Origin: Candidatus Gastranaerophilales bacterium
Lineage (GTDB): Bacteria; Cyanobacteriota; Vampirovibrionia; Gastranaerophilales; Gastranaerophilaceae
Length of the DNA stretch: 64,000 nucleotides
Assembly (NCBI GenBank): GCA_944323155.1
Contig: CALURL010000006.1
Location: 21,159-85,158 of the forward strand
Reading direction: 5' to 3'
Position numbers and translations under genes: made by a program. Below, piece after piece: positions 39,414 to 49,488 of this stretch; position 1 is the first letter of the stretch, and every line of letters begins with the position of its first letter. A model generated the notes under the pieces. It worked only from the letters and a program-made list of their open reading frames with translations. It was not told the origin of the DNA and ran no database searches.

Positions 39414-40123
39414 CTAATAATTCATTTCCCAGTTGTCATTTAATATCTTTCCAAAACAACCTGTCCAATAGCTAGGACTCAGGCAATAATCATTATATGC
39501 TTTTTCGCGCTCATCACGTGTTCCCGGGGCAGAAACAACATGATAATCATCAACCATTCCATTATTAAATAAAGATATGATAAAAACATCTCTACCTGCG
39601 ATATTAGGCCCTTTTGCGCCATTAATATCGACATCAAGCGTACATAGTCTGTCACCAGCACCTGTTGTATAGCCATAACCTATTGATACACCACTTGTCA
39701 GAGTTATAAAGGCTGGTCTTGATGAATAAATATTTGTTCCTGATAAGTTACGATATTCAGAATTAGGAGCAAAACACGGTACAGACTCATCCTTACAATC
39801 ACTTGCGATATTAAAATATGTCTTAAAAAAACTATCTAACGCAGCTTGAGAATTCAATCCTGCTTCCCGCATATTTACAGCATTATGATCAGTAATATAC
39901 CTTTGAGCAGCTTGTGACAATTCAGTATAAAATTTATGCAATTGCGTAACATACACTTTACGCTGATGACTTTGCATTAAAGTTGGAACGGTCATCGCAG
40001 AAACCACCCCAATAATACCCAAAGTAACCAGAACCTCTGCTAACGTAAAGCCTCTACGGCGATTGGAAAAGGAGACTAAGCCTGTGCCCCCCCCCCGTGA
40101 AGTGCTCTAATTAATTCTTTCAT
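39414..40123 (-). CDS. Prepilin-type protein, phase-variable leader; out of frame at G10
   Basis: ATG 40123 (AAGGAGAG RBS) reads MKELIRALH+G10 then GCA CAG GCT TAG. G11 would give MKELIRALHGGGGTGLVSFSNRRRG|FTLAEVLVTLGIIGVVSAMTVPTL, joining ORF 39414..40022 (101 nt offset, mod 3 = 2). Contains LDVDINGAKGPNIAGRDVF and the C-terminus GCFGKILNDNWEMNY. Confidence 0.82.
40087..40096 (-). repeat. G10 homopolymer at codon 10 of pilin-like gene (off frame)
   Basis: 4+6 C counted on the plus strand. Confidence 0.9.
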
Positions 40124-40168
40124 ATTCTCTCCTTTCAATTTATTAAAAAATTTATAATTCCAAAAGTT

Positions 40169-40197
40169 ATTCTAGCATTTTTAAATAACTAATGCAA
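40169..40197 (-). promoter_or_regulatory. Candidate promoter TTGCAT-N17-TAGAAT for pilin-like gene 39414..40123
   Basis: Minus strand: TTGCAT (40197..40192), 17-nt spacer, TAGAAT (40174..40169). Same -35 hexamer and spacing as the promoter at 3852-3880. Confidence 0.5.
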
Positions 40198-40228
40198 TAT
40201 TTTTCATATAAATATATGTGTACTTTTT

Positions 40229-40792
40229 GTGAAAAAACATTATTATAAAAATATGCGAAAAATTTTAACTGTAATATTTGCGATACTTTTAGCAACAACA
40301 AATTATGCTCTTGCCGAAGGTGATTTGTGGGATAACTATGGCGATCAAAACGTCTATGGACAAAAACCGGTTAGTGATGAAGAGTTTGAAAAAGCACTTG
40401 AAAGTAAAAAAGGCAAGCAAAAACGAGATAAAAATATTCCAAAAGGTAAAAATATTCAACAAAGCAATGAAACAGAACTGATTAATAAAATGAGTGAAGA
40501 TTTGCCGACACTATTAGTCCCTCTTACTCTGGTTGTTGATGAAAATCAAACTATACCAATCGGATACTATCAAGTTATAGGGAAAAAAGAAAATGGGAAG
40601 CCTCATTTAAAATTTTATCAGGCTCACTATCTTATAGCAGATGTTCCGGCAATAGAAACAAATGATGATTTTAATCAAAACACAATATCTTTTGTAAAAC
40701 TCATACAGACAAGTCCAAAACAAGTAAAAATTTTATTTGGAAGCCTTGATTTTAATGCATTTGCAGTTATTGGTACAGCCGATGAAAATTAA
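40229..40792 (+). CDS. Hypothetical secreted protein
   Basis: 187-aa ORF with signal peptide (MRKILTVIFAILLATTNYALA). No recognisable domain. Confidence 0.6.
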   Translation: MKKHYYKNMRKILTVIFAILLATTNYALAEGDLWDNYGDQNVYGQKPVSDEEFEKALESKKGKQKRDKNIPKGKNIQQSNETELINKMSEDLPTLLVPLTLVVDENQTIPIGYYQVIGKKENGKPHLKFYQAHYLIADVPAIETNDDFNQNTISFVKLIQTSPKQVKILFGSLDFNAFAVIGTADEN

Positions 40793-40923
40793 TTTATTTC
40801 AATAATTTTCGACAAAAATAAGTATTATTTATTTGGGTAGTTACAAATTATAAAAAGTGTGCTAAAATTTTATTGTAAATAAATTATTATGAAGTTTTAG
40901 TATATCAAGAGAGGACTTACCAG

Positions 40924-41427
40924 ATGAATAAATTAAAAATTTTGCTTTTGATCGCAGCAATAACTACAGGCTTAAATGTTTATGCAGTAACTCAGGCTCC
41001 TGTTCATAAACCGTCGATTAACCTTGAAAATCCAATGCAGATTCAAACAAGAAACTGTATAGTAGTAAATCCTCTTGATGTTGTTGCAAAACCGGATTTT
41101 TATCAAAATAAATATGTAAAAATTAAAGCAAAATTTGACAAATTCTCAACCCTCGGGCTTGATTACAAACCGGCTTTTAGAAGTTCTGAAGATTACATAT
41201 CTTTCTTAATTCAAAGACCAGATGTTACAGATCACAATATTCCGCTTTCTGAAATGAAAATTTTCATGAAAAGAACTGAAGCTGAAAAATATATTGACCT
41301 GAATTCCGGCGATGAAATTGAATTTATTGGAAAAGTATTTTCAAAAGCATTGGGCGATGTATGGATTGATGTAGATAATTTCAAAGTTTTATCATCTAAA
41401 CCAAAAGCAGAAGCTGATAAAAAATAA
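40924..41427 (+). CDS. Hypothetical secreted protein
   Basis: 167-aa ORF with signal peptide (MNKLKILLLIAAITTGLNVYA). GAGAGG RBS. Confidence 0.6.
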   Translation: MNKLKILLLIAAITTGLNVYAVTQAPVHKPSINLENPMQIQTRNCIVVNPLDVVAKPDFYQNKYVKIKAKFDKFSTLGLDYKPAFRSSEDYISFLIQRPDVTDHNIPLSEMKIFMKRTEAEKYIDLNSGDEIEFIGKVFSKALGDVWIDVDNFKVLSSKPKAEADKK

Positions 41428-41451
41428 GTTTATAAATAACGGAGTTAAGAA

Positions 41452-43956
41452 ATGAGCGATCAAAAACAAGATATATATTTAACAATACACGGACACTTTT
41501 ATCAACCGCCAAGAGAAAATCCGTGGCTTGAGGCTATTGAACTTCAAGACAGTGCACTTCCTTTCCATGACTGGAATGAACGCATTAATAAAGAATGTTA
41601 TAATCCGAATTCTGTATCAAAAATCGTAGATAGCAGAAACAGAATTCTAGATGTTGTAAATAATTATGCTCATATGAGTTTTAACTTCGGTCCAACATTG
41701 CTTTCGTGGATGGAACAGTTCGCGCCACTAACTTATGAAAGAATAATAAAAGCCGATATTGAGAGTATTGCAGAGCACAATGGCCACGGAAATGCTATTG
41801 CTCAAGTTTATAATCACATCATTATGCCACTTGCAAATGAAAACGACAAACAAACCCAGGTGAAATGGGGAATTAGAGATTTTGAATACCGGTTTGGCAG
41901 AAAACCAGAAGGAATGTGGCTTGCTGAAACAGCAGTTGATGATGATACACTAAGAGTACTTGTCGAAAATGGTATAAAATTCACAATTTTATCACCATAT
42001 CAAGCTTTAAGAATTAAAGAAAAAGGTTCCAAAGATTGGACAGATGTAAGCTGGGGTAATATTGATCCTGCTAGAGCATACAGATATTACATAAAATCAG
42101 CACCCGGAAAATACATAGATCTTTTCTTCTATGACGGAGCAATTTCTAAATCTGTTGCTTTTGATGAATTACTAAAAGACGGTAATAGGTTCATTAAACG
42201 GCTAAAAGAAGGTGTTTCAGACTGCAGAAACTACCCTCAATTAATTAATATTGCAACAGATGGTGAAAGTTATGGACACCACACCAAATTTGGAGATATG
42301 GCGCTTGCGTATGTACTTCAAATACGTGCAAAAGACGAAGGGTTTAAAATTACAAACTATGCAGAATTTTTAGACATGTTCGGCAGCGACACAGAAGTTG
42401 ATATAAAACAAGCATCAAGCTGGAGCTGTTTCCATGGGGTCGGCCGCTGGAAAGAAGATTGCGGCTGTTCAACTGGAGGGCATCCAGGATGGAATCAAAA
42501 ATGGAGAAAACCATTAAGAAATGCGCTTGATTATTTACGTGATGAATTAGCTGGCACCTTTGAAGAACAGGGGAAAAAATATTTTGAAAATCCTTGGGAT
42601 GTAAGAAATAATTATATAGATGCAATTCTTGACAGAAGCAGCATGAATGTAAAAAAATTCCAGCAAGACAACTTTATCCCGAATTTGTCTGATGAAGACA
42701 GGGTAAAAGCAATGGAACTTTTAGAAATGCAGCGTCAACTATTGTTAATGTATACAAGCTGCGGCTGGTTTTTCTCAGAAATTTCAGGCATTGAAACTGT
42801 TCAGATAATGAAATATGCGGCTCGAGCAATGCAGATTGCCGCTAGATATACAAACAAAAATCTTGAAGAAAACTTCTTGAATATACTTGCTGAAGCAAAA
42901 AGCAATTTGCCGGAATACGGTAATGGAAAAGATATATTTGAACGTTTTGTAAAACCTTCCGTAGTTACGGCTAAACAAATAGCCAGCTTATGGGCAATAA
43001 GCTCTCTTTATCAGGATTTTGAAGATGAGGAAAATGTTTATTGCTATACTATAAGAAAACATGCTTATAAAAAGGTTCAAAAAGGCAATTCAACATTTGT
43101 TATAGGCCATATAGAAATTCAATCACGAATAACTATGATAAAATATAACATGATGTTTGCATTAATGCAGTATGCAGGAGGAGATTTCCATTGCGCGATT
43201 AAAGAATACTCTGACGATGCAGAGTTTAACAATATAAAAGTAAGTCTGATCAAAACATTTATGATGAACCCGCTGACAGAAATTATACGTGCACTTGATG
43301 AAGTTTTTGGCAAAGAATATTTCACTCTCAAAGATATATTCATAGAAGAAAGACGTAAAATTCTTCAAGTACTTCTCAAAGGAAAACTCGCTAAATTTGC
43401 AGCGATTTATCAAGATATGTATGATGAAGGCAAAGGCTCAATATATCATCTTCAATCATTAGGCTTAAAAATTCCTGAAGAATTCAAAATTGCCGCAGGA
43501 TATGCATTAAGCAGAAAATTTAATGATATAGTAATGCATTCTGGCGGATTTTTGGATGAAGATTCTATCCAGCAGGCTATGGATGTTAACTTTGAAGCCA
43601 AAAGAATGGATATTAACCTTGATAAAACACCTTCAAATAAAATTTACGGTAAAAAACTTCAACAAAATATCACAAGGCTTGTTCACAGCTTTGAAATTCA
43701 ACAAGCAGACGTTATTCTAGAATTATTTGATCATATAGAAAAACTTGAATTACAAATTGATATTTCAGAAACACAAAATATTTTCTATACAAAAATATTC
43801 CATAGAATAGGTGATATTCTGGAAAATACAACCAATACAAGTTCTAAAAAGAATTCAAATAGAAAATTCATAGAAATGTTACTTGATATTGGCGCAAAAT
43901 TAAATATAAATACAGAATTCTATGAAAAAAAGCTAGATAAATACATACTACAATAA
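41452..43956 (+). CDS. Glycoside hydrolase family 57 protein (alpha-glucan-active)
   Basis: 834 aa. N-terminal HGHFYQPPRENPW, ..WLAETAV.. and ..TDGESYGHH.. are GH57 conserved regions. Confidence 0.85.
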   Translation: MSDQKQDIYLTIHGHFYQPPRENPWLEAIELQDSALPFHDWNERINKECYNPNSVSKIVDSRNRILDVVNNYAHMSFNFGPTLLSWMEQFAPLTYERIIKADIESIAEHNGHGNAIAQVYNHIIMPLANENDKQTQVKWGIRDFEYRFGRKPEGMWLAETAVDDDTLRVLVENGIKFTILSPYQALRIKEKGSKDWTDVSWGNIDPARAYRYYIKSAPGKYIDLFFYDGAISKSVAFDELLKDGNRFIKRLKEGVSDCRNYPQLINIATDGESYGHHTKFGDMALAYVLQIRAKDEGFKITNYAEFLDMFGSDTEVDIKQASSWSCFHGVGRWKEDCGCSTGGHPGWNQKWRKPLRNALDYLRDELAGTFEEQGKKYFENPWDVRNNYIDAILDRSSMNVKKFQQDNFIPNLSDEDRVKAMELLEMQRQLLLMYTSCGWFFSEISGIETVQIMKYAARAMQIAARYTNKNLEENFLNILAEAKSNLPEYGNGKDIFERFVKPSVVTAKQIASLWAISSLYQDFEDEENVYCYTIRKHAYKKVQKGNSTFVIGHIEIQSRITMIKYNMMFALMQYAGGDFHCAIKEYSDDAEFNNIKVSLIKTFMMNPLTEIIRALDEVFGKEYFTLKDIFIEERRKILQVLLKGKLAKFAAIYQDMYDEGKGSIYHLQSLGLKIPEEFKIAAGYALSRKFNDIVMHSGGFLDEDSIQQAMDVNFEAKRMDINLDKTPSNKIYGKKLQQNITRLVHSFEIQQADVILELFDHIEKLELQIDISETQNIFYTKIFHRIGDILENTTNTSSKKNSNRKFIEMLLDIGAKLNINTEFYEKKLDKYILQ

Positions 43957-43989
43957 AATAATTTATAAATACAAATACGGCTTTGAAGA

Positions 43990-44574
43990 CTACCAGTTTT
44001 CAGAGCCGTATTTTTTATAAAAATCAATTGTTCTATGAAGTTTAGCCTCAACAGAAGAAATTTTGTTTAAGATTTTGGGTTCGTCATACTTTGACTTTAA
44101 AAGTTCCAATTCTAACAATTCTTCTTTTGCATGACGTACACGTTCTTTATCTTCTTCGCGCTTTCCAAAAAGCCACCCTTCAAAGCCGCATCCTGGCGGA
44201 ACAATTGCCCATGGTGTACTTGGGAAATGACGACATAAAGCAGGTCTATTTTCATAATTTGAACATTTATTATCATCCTGTAAATATTTACAGCAATAAA
44301 ATGTCATCTCGTCCTCTTTCAAATCAGGGTTATCTGCCTTTAAAAGATTTAAAATATTATCAACGACCCCAGCGTCAACTTCTCTTGCAGCCTCAATAGA
44401 TTCATAAGGAACAAATATAGAAAGAAAATCTTTAGCACCTTCATCTCCTTGAAAAGCCATTCTTTTTAACTTATTGTATGGAGTCGGTGTAGTAACAACT
44501 CTACAGCATTTTCCACACATATGGCAAAGACTTTGAGGACGTGTATTCAGATAACTTTCTTCATAGCTGGTCAT
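43990..44574 (-). CDS. YkgJ family cysteine-cluster protein
   Basis: CHMCGKCCR (CxxCGxCC) and a second Cys cluster CCKYL...C...C. Confidence 0.7.
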   Translation of the reverse strand: MTSYEESYLNTRPQSLCHMCGKCCRVVTTPTPYNKLKRMAFQGDEGAKDFLSIFVPYESIEAAREVDAGVVDNILNLLKADNPDLKEDEMTFYCCKYLQDDNKCSNYENRPALCRHFPSTPWAIVPPGCGFEGWLFGKREEDKERVRHAKEELLELELLKSKYDEPKILNKISSVEAKLHRTIDFYKKYGSENW

Positions 44575-44702
44575 AATTTAATTATAATCACTATAGAAAA
44601 AATTAAAAAAACTTGTTACAATTCTTAAAATATTTCAAAAAATAGCAATATTTTTACAAGAAAAGACTTTATTAATATAAGTGGTAGTAAAGGACTATTT
44701 TC

Positions 44703-45539
44703 ATGCAGAATTCAGTAGGGCAAAATCAAATACAAACGCAAAGTATCAATCCGAAACCTGTTCAAGGAGTTGTTCAAAATCAAGCTGTCCAACAAACACA
44801 AACATCACCAATACAAGCACAAACTCCAATGTATTATTGTCCTCAGCCGGCAATGCAAAGCCAGCAGCCTGCACCGAATTATGCCGGGGTAAATATTCAA
44901 ATATTTAATCCATCTGTTGCAACACCAGGCGGTAGTCCGGTTTACAATGTAAACGCACCTTCATACCAAGCACAGCCGCAAGCAACAGGGCCTCAATGTT
45001 ACCCTTCAAACTACTATACACAACAATTTGTAAATCCAAACGGACAAAATAATATTCCAGCAGGCACAGCAAACACTCAAAATACAAATAATACAAACAC
45101 AAACAATAGCCAGGACAAAAAAACAGAAAAACGTCAGATAGTTCAATTAACAGATGATTATATAAAAAATCTCGAAAATTATCTAAACAGTCAAGATAAA
45201 GAAGTCAGAATGATGGGCGCAAAGGAAGTAATTGCGAGATTACAGGAAGACGACTCACGTAAAGATGACTTAGCCCTAAATGCGTTAATCAATAAGATGT
45301 TACAAGATCCATACACTCCGATAAAAGTTTTAGCCTTAGGAGCATTGGATTCAAGAATAGTAACAGGCGATGATTACACAGTAGGTTTGTTAAAGAATAT
45401 GCAAAATTCAACATCAGGATACGGACAAGACGCTCTTCAAGCAGCAAACATCCTGTTGAAGATGTCAGGACAGACAGCAGAAAAAGAATTTGAAGTAAAA
45501 GATAACTCAAAAGATTCAAAATCCCAGTCAAAAGGTTAG
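44703..45539 (+). CDS. Hypothetical protein: Q/N/P-rich low-complexity N-terminal half, HEAT/armadillo-like C-terminal half
   Basis: 278 aa. QNQIQTQSINPKPVQGVVQNQAVQQTQ.. then repeats like KEVRMMGAKEVIARL / PIKVLALGALDSR. Confidence 0.55.
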   Translation: MQNSVGQNQIQTQSINPKPVQGVVQNQAVQQTQTSPIQAQTPMYYCPQPAMQSQQPAPNYAGVNIQIFNPSVATPGGSPVYNVNAPSYQAQPQATGPQCYPSNYYTQQFVNPNGQNNIPAGTANTQNTNNTNTNNSQDKKTEKRQIVQLTDDYIKNLENYLNSQDKEVRMMGAKEVIARLQEDDSRKDDLALNALINKMLQDPYTPIKVLALGALDSRIVTGDDYTVGLLKNMQNSTSGYGQDALQAANILLKMSGQTAEKEFEVKDNSKDSKSQSKG

Positions 45540-45542
45540 TAT

Positions 45543-46016
45543 ATGAATATTAAATTTTTATCAAATTTAAAATCAAATTATGGATCATATCTGGCAAAAG
45601 GCACAGGTATAGTTGGGCTGGGCTTGATAGCAAGAGATGCACACGTTATAGGAAAAATTCAAGCTGATACATATTCACAGAGCCGAGATGCTGACGCTAT
45701 AGAAAAAAGAGCTAACAATACACTATATCTTTCAAATCCCAGCGTAACAATGAATGAAATGAAAAAGACTGTTTTCAATTGGGAAGTTGAAAACAATTTT
45801 AGAAACTTCTTCAATCAAGGTATTGGCTATTTTAAAGGCATAGGTTCAATGCTGGTAAATAACGTAATACCACTTACACTTAGTTTAACAGCGCTTCTTG
45901 GGAAAGGTATATTGTCAAAAGCCAGCGCAATAGGTCTTGCAGGATATGGAATTTTAAGCTTCTTTAAAGACGGACTTGGAATGGGACATAATGACCCGTT
46001 AAATAAAAACTTCTAA
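45543..46016 (+). CDS. Hypothetical membrane-associated protein
   Basis: 157-aa ORF, 4 nt after the preceding gene, with hydrophobic segments (GTGIVGLGLIA, VIPLTLSLTALLG). Confidence 0.5.
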   Translation: MNIKFLSNLKSNYGSYLAKGTGIVGLGLIARDAHVIGKIQADTYSQSRDADAIEKRANNTLYLSNPSVTMNEMKKTVFNWEVENNFRNFFNQGIGYFKGIGSMLVNNVIPLTLSLTALLGKGILSKASAIGLAGYGILSFFKDGLGMGHNDPLNKNF

Positions 46017-46170
46017 ATAATTTGACTATTCCCAATATTGGTAATTACCCTCATTTAAAGTCACTCTAATATTAGCATAGGTGTACCTATCCACTCATCC
46101 CCATACTGGCACTATAATAATATTTGGAAAAGAATGGCTATTCGTGACGTCCTAGATTAATATCTTAAGG

Positions 46171-47064
46171 CTAATCCAAATAGACGTCTTCCAATAATTT
46201 TATTTCAAACTCGCTTCCTGCTGGGATTGTTATATGCCCGCCTTTAGAAAATATTGCAAAAATGGGTGCTCCAACAATATTAACTCCATATACAACAATT
46301 CCTGCAACAACTGTGAATGGGGTAAGAATAAATGTCCAAGGATTTTGCGCAAGTTTTGTTGTTCCACGCATAGATTTTTTGTAAAAATTCCTTCCAAACT
46401 TAGTTGATGAAATTATACCCTTTGCATATTTTCGTTCACCTTTAATATTATTTACAAAAATCTTTTTGTGATTGGCTTTGGTAATTTTTGCATGAACTGC
46501 ATATGTATGGCCTTTAAAATTCATACTTTCAACCATAAGTACAATCAAACCGCCGTTTCCTGTAGCCTGAGGCGGATGAGAATCTGTTATAACAGCATTA
46601 AATACAGTTCCTTCCGGAATCGTAACATATCTTTGAGTTACAGGTCTAAGCGAAATAAAGCGTAATCTTGCACCTTCTCTTGTTGTGTCAGAAATGGATG
46701 CTGAAGATTTTACACGGAATTTTGTACCCTTTTTTACTCTTATTGAAAGAGACTTATCAAGCTTTGGATTATAAGAAGAATTCGGAAGTTTTTTTACGCC
46801 TATTTGCGGTTTTGCAGGCGGAGTCACAGGAGGAGTTTTGGGGACTGAAGTAGTTTGTCCTGACGCAGGTTTAGAATTGGATGCTGAACTTCCTTGTTCT
46901 GGCTGTTCTGTTTTGGGCAGAGAAGGAAGTTGATCACTTTCTAAGCGTGATGGGTCATAATGTTTTCGAATTTCATCATCAACAGAAGTATCAAGCTCCA
47001 GTGCTAAAACCGGAGCTATTGATACTAATATAGAAATTATTAATGATATAGTTTTTTTTAACAT
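46171..47064 (-). CDS. Hypothetical secreted protein with P/S/T-rich linker and C-terminal hydrophobic segment
   Basis: 297 aa. Signal peptide MLKKTISLIISILVSIAPVLA; no recognisable catalytic motif. Confidence 0.6.
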   Translation of the reverse strand: MLKKTISLIISILVSIAPVLALELDTSVDDEIRKHYDPSRLESDQLPSLPKTEQPEQGSSASNSKPASGQTTSVPKTPPVTPPAKPQIGVKKLPNSSYNPKLDKSLSIRVKKGTKFRVKSSASISDTTREGARLRFISLRPVTQRYVTIPEGTVFNAVITDSHPPQATGNGGLIVLMVESMNFKGHTYAVHAKITKANHKKIFVNNIKGERKYAKGIISSTKFGRNFYKKSMRGTTKLAQNPWTFILTPFTVVAGIVVYGVNIVGAPIFAIFSKGGHITIPAGSEFEIKLLEDVYLD

Positions 47065-47066
47065 TA

Positions 47067-48437
47067 TTATTTTAGCAATTCGTTAATAGCTTTTGCAGCC
47101 TTTTTACCTGCACCCATAGCATTAATAGCGTTAGATTCTCCAACAGGAGCAACGTCACCGCCTGCGTATACTGTTTGAATATTTGTACTGCGGGTTTCTC
47201 CGTCAACTGTAATATAACCGCGTTTGTCTGTTATAATTTCCAAACCTTCGGCTTCAGCGGATTTTTGGATAATCGGATTAGGACCTGTACCTAATGCAAC
47301 AATTACAGTATCAAGATCCATAATTTCTGTTTTACCTGTTGCAACAGGACGTCTTCTGCCGGATTCATCAGGTTCGCCAAGCTCCATTACTTCTAATTCT
47401 ACAGCTTTTACATAACCGTTTTCGCCGATAATTTCTTTTGGTGCGTAAAGGAATTTGAAAACTATACCTTCTTCTTTCGCGTGTCTGATTTCTTCTAAAC
47501 GTGCCGGAAGTTCTTTTTCTGTACGTCTGTAAATAATATAAACTTCTTCAAAACCTACGCGGACAGCAGTTCTAGCAGCATCCATCGCAACATTACCGCC
47601 GCCAAAAATCGCAGCCTTTTTACCAACTCTTAAAGGTGTCGGGCTATCAGGCTGTCCTGCATGCATCAAGTTTACACGGGTTAAAAATTCATTTGCTGAA
47701 AATACTCCGTTTAAGTTTTCACCAGGAACATGAAGCATTTTTGGCAACCCTGCACCAGAACAAATAAATATAGCATCAAAGCCGTCTTCTTTTAATTGTT
47801 TCAATGTAATAGATTTTCCAACAATTACATTAGTATGGAATTTTACTCCCATTGCTTTTAAGTTGTCGATTTCTCTGTCTAAAACAACACGCGGAAGGCG
47901 GAAAGGAGGAATTCCGTATCTTAAAACTCCACCAAGTTCGTGAAGCGCTTCAAATACTTCAACCTCATGTCCTGCTTTTCTCAAATCACAAGCCGCAGTC
48001 ATTCCTGCACAACCTGAACCAACTACTGCAACCTTTTTCCCTGACGGTTTAATTTCAGGCATTTCAGCTTTTGTATTATCGCCAACATATCTTTCAAGAG
48101 CGCCTATTGCAACAGGAAGTCCTTTAATGCCGAGGACACAATTGCCTTCGCATTGTCTTTCCTGCGGGCATACACGGCCGCAAACAGATGGAAGCATACT
48201 AGTTTCTCGAATTATTTCACCTGCTTTAGTCAAATCTCCTTCTTTAATAGCATGAATAAATTGAGGTATTTGAATGTTTACAGGACATCCTTGAACACAT
48301 TTAGGATTTTTACAATTGAGACATCTTGAAGCCTCAAGTTTAACCTGTTCTTCTGTCAAATTACTTTCAACAGGCTCAAAATTATGACGTCTTTCAAATT
48401 TATCCTGTTCTTTTACATGTTGTCTTTCTACAGCCAT
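47067..48437 (-). CDS. gltD: NADPH-dependent glutamate synthase small-chain family oxidoreductase (GltD/GltA-like)
   Basis: 456 aa. N-terminal Fe-S motifs CLNCKNPKCVQGCPV and CGRVCP..C, two dinucleotide folds VAVVGSGCAGMTAA and AAIFGGGNVAMDAA. Confidence 0.8.
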   Translation of the reverse strand: MAVERQHVKEQDKFERRHNFEPVESNLTEEQVKLEASRCLNCKNPKCVQGCPVNIQIPQFIHAIKEGDLTKAGEIIRETSMLPSVCGRVCPQERQCEGNCVLGIKGLPVAIGALERYVGDNTKAEMPEIKPSGKKVAVVGSGCAGMTAACDLRKAGHEVEVFEALHELGGVLRYGIPPFRLPRVVLDREIDNLKAMGVKFHTNVIVGKSITLKQLKEDGFDAIFICSGAGLPKMLHVPGENLNGVFSANEFLTRVNLMHAGQPDSPTPLRVGKKAAIFGGGNVAMDAARTAVRVGFEEVYIIYRRTEKELPARLEEIRHAKEEGIVFKFLYAPKEIIGENGYVKAVELEVMELGEPDESGRRRPVATGKTEIMDLDTVIVALGTGPNPIIQKSAEAEGLEIITDKRGYITVDGETRSTNIQTVYAGGDVAPVGESNAINAMGAGKKAAKAINELLK

Positions 48438-48531
48438 TTTATATCCCCTTCTTATAACTTAAAAACTTTCTTATACTACTATTGTACTTTAAAAAAGCAA
48501 TAGTGCAAGAAATTTATAATACAAATATTGA

Positions 48532-49467
48532 CTAATATTTAAGGGAATTTAAAATTTTTGTATTATGAAGATACTTATTATAATATCTTTTACGGCTTTT
48601 TTGAGAACCAACTTTTGAATATATGAAAAATTTTATATTATCAAACTTCAGTTTAAACATATATTTATAGATATTATATGAATTTTGCATCATAAAATCT
48701 TCATAGAAATCGGATAATCTAGCATATTTCCACCAAATATGCCTCATACTATGCATACAATCAAAACGATTCGGGTTTGCACCGACGAAATGAACAATTA
48801 TAGGATTTTCTATTTTGTCATTAATATTAAGCCAGTATTGTTCACAATAATTGTATTCTCGACCAAGATTTATTTTTCGTTCATCAATCATAATATTTAA
48901 AGTATCTTGATCAGCACATTTTATATTTTTAACATTTTTTCTAACGTAATCGACTGTTTTTTCATAAAAATGTTCTTCACGCCATAATTTTGCATTAATT
49001 AAAATAACGCCAGCATTAAAATATAGTAAGCTTTTCAGGCCTATGCCCCCCCCCCCGGGAAGCGCCACTACTGCAGCATAATTGCTGCCAAGGTCAATAT
49101 TAAACAAATTTTTAAGAGAGCTAAGAACCATTGTATCGGAATCTAAATATAGAATCTTATCAATATCATTACACAATTCTGCAATCTTTATTCTAAACCA
49201 TGTAGCCATTGTAACCCAATTTACAAGAGGAAATCCCTTAAATTCGTCGCGTTCTACTTTTACAAAACGGATATTACAATGTCTGATATTTTTTACAGAG
49301 TTTATTTTTTCTATACTAGCGTCAGACAAGCCCGAATGGATTATAACAAACTCAATTTCATCACTACTGTCAGCATTTTTCAAAACAGAAATCATTGATA
49401 CAGATGTTATACCGGCATAATTCTCATCAGGAGCATATGCAATAGTAATCTTTTCTTTTTTCAACAT
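48532..49467 (-). CDS. Glycosyltransferase family 8 protein carrying an internal in-frame G11 tract
   Basis: 311 aa. IAYAPDENYA.., YLDSDTMVL (DxD), FNAGVILINAKLWRE are GT8 blocks. The tract encodes LPGGGGIGL near codon 137-141. Confidence 0.85.
   Translation of the reverse strand: MLKKEKITIAYAPDENYAGITSVSMISVLKNADSSDEIEFVIIHSGLSDASIEKINSVKNIRHCNIRFVKVERDEFKGFPLVNWVTMATWFRIKIAELCNDIDKILYLDSDTMVLSSLKNLFNIDLGSNYAAVVALPGGGGIGLKSLLYFNAGVILINAKLWREEHFYEKTVDYVRKNVKNIKCADQDTLNIMIDERKINLGREYNYCEQYWLNINDKIENPIIVHFVGANPNRFDCMHSMRHIWWKYARLSDFYEDFMMQNSYNIYKYMFKLKFDNIKFFIYSKVGSQKSRKRYYNKYLHNTKILNSLKY
49046..49056 (-). repeat. G11 homopolymer inside the GT8 gene (in frame)
   Basis: 5+6 C counted on the plus strand, followed by GGG. 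Coding strand is CCC-G11-CAT. Confidence 0.9.
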
Positions 49468-49488
49468 TTTTAATCTCCATACTTACCA

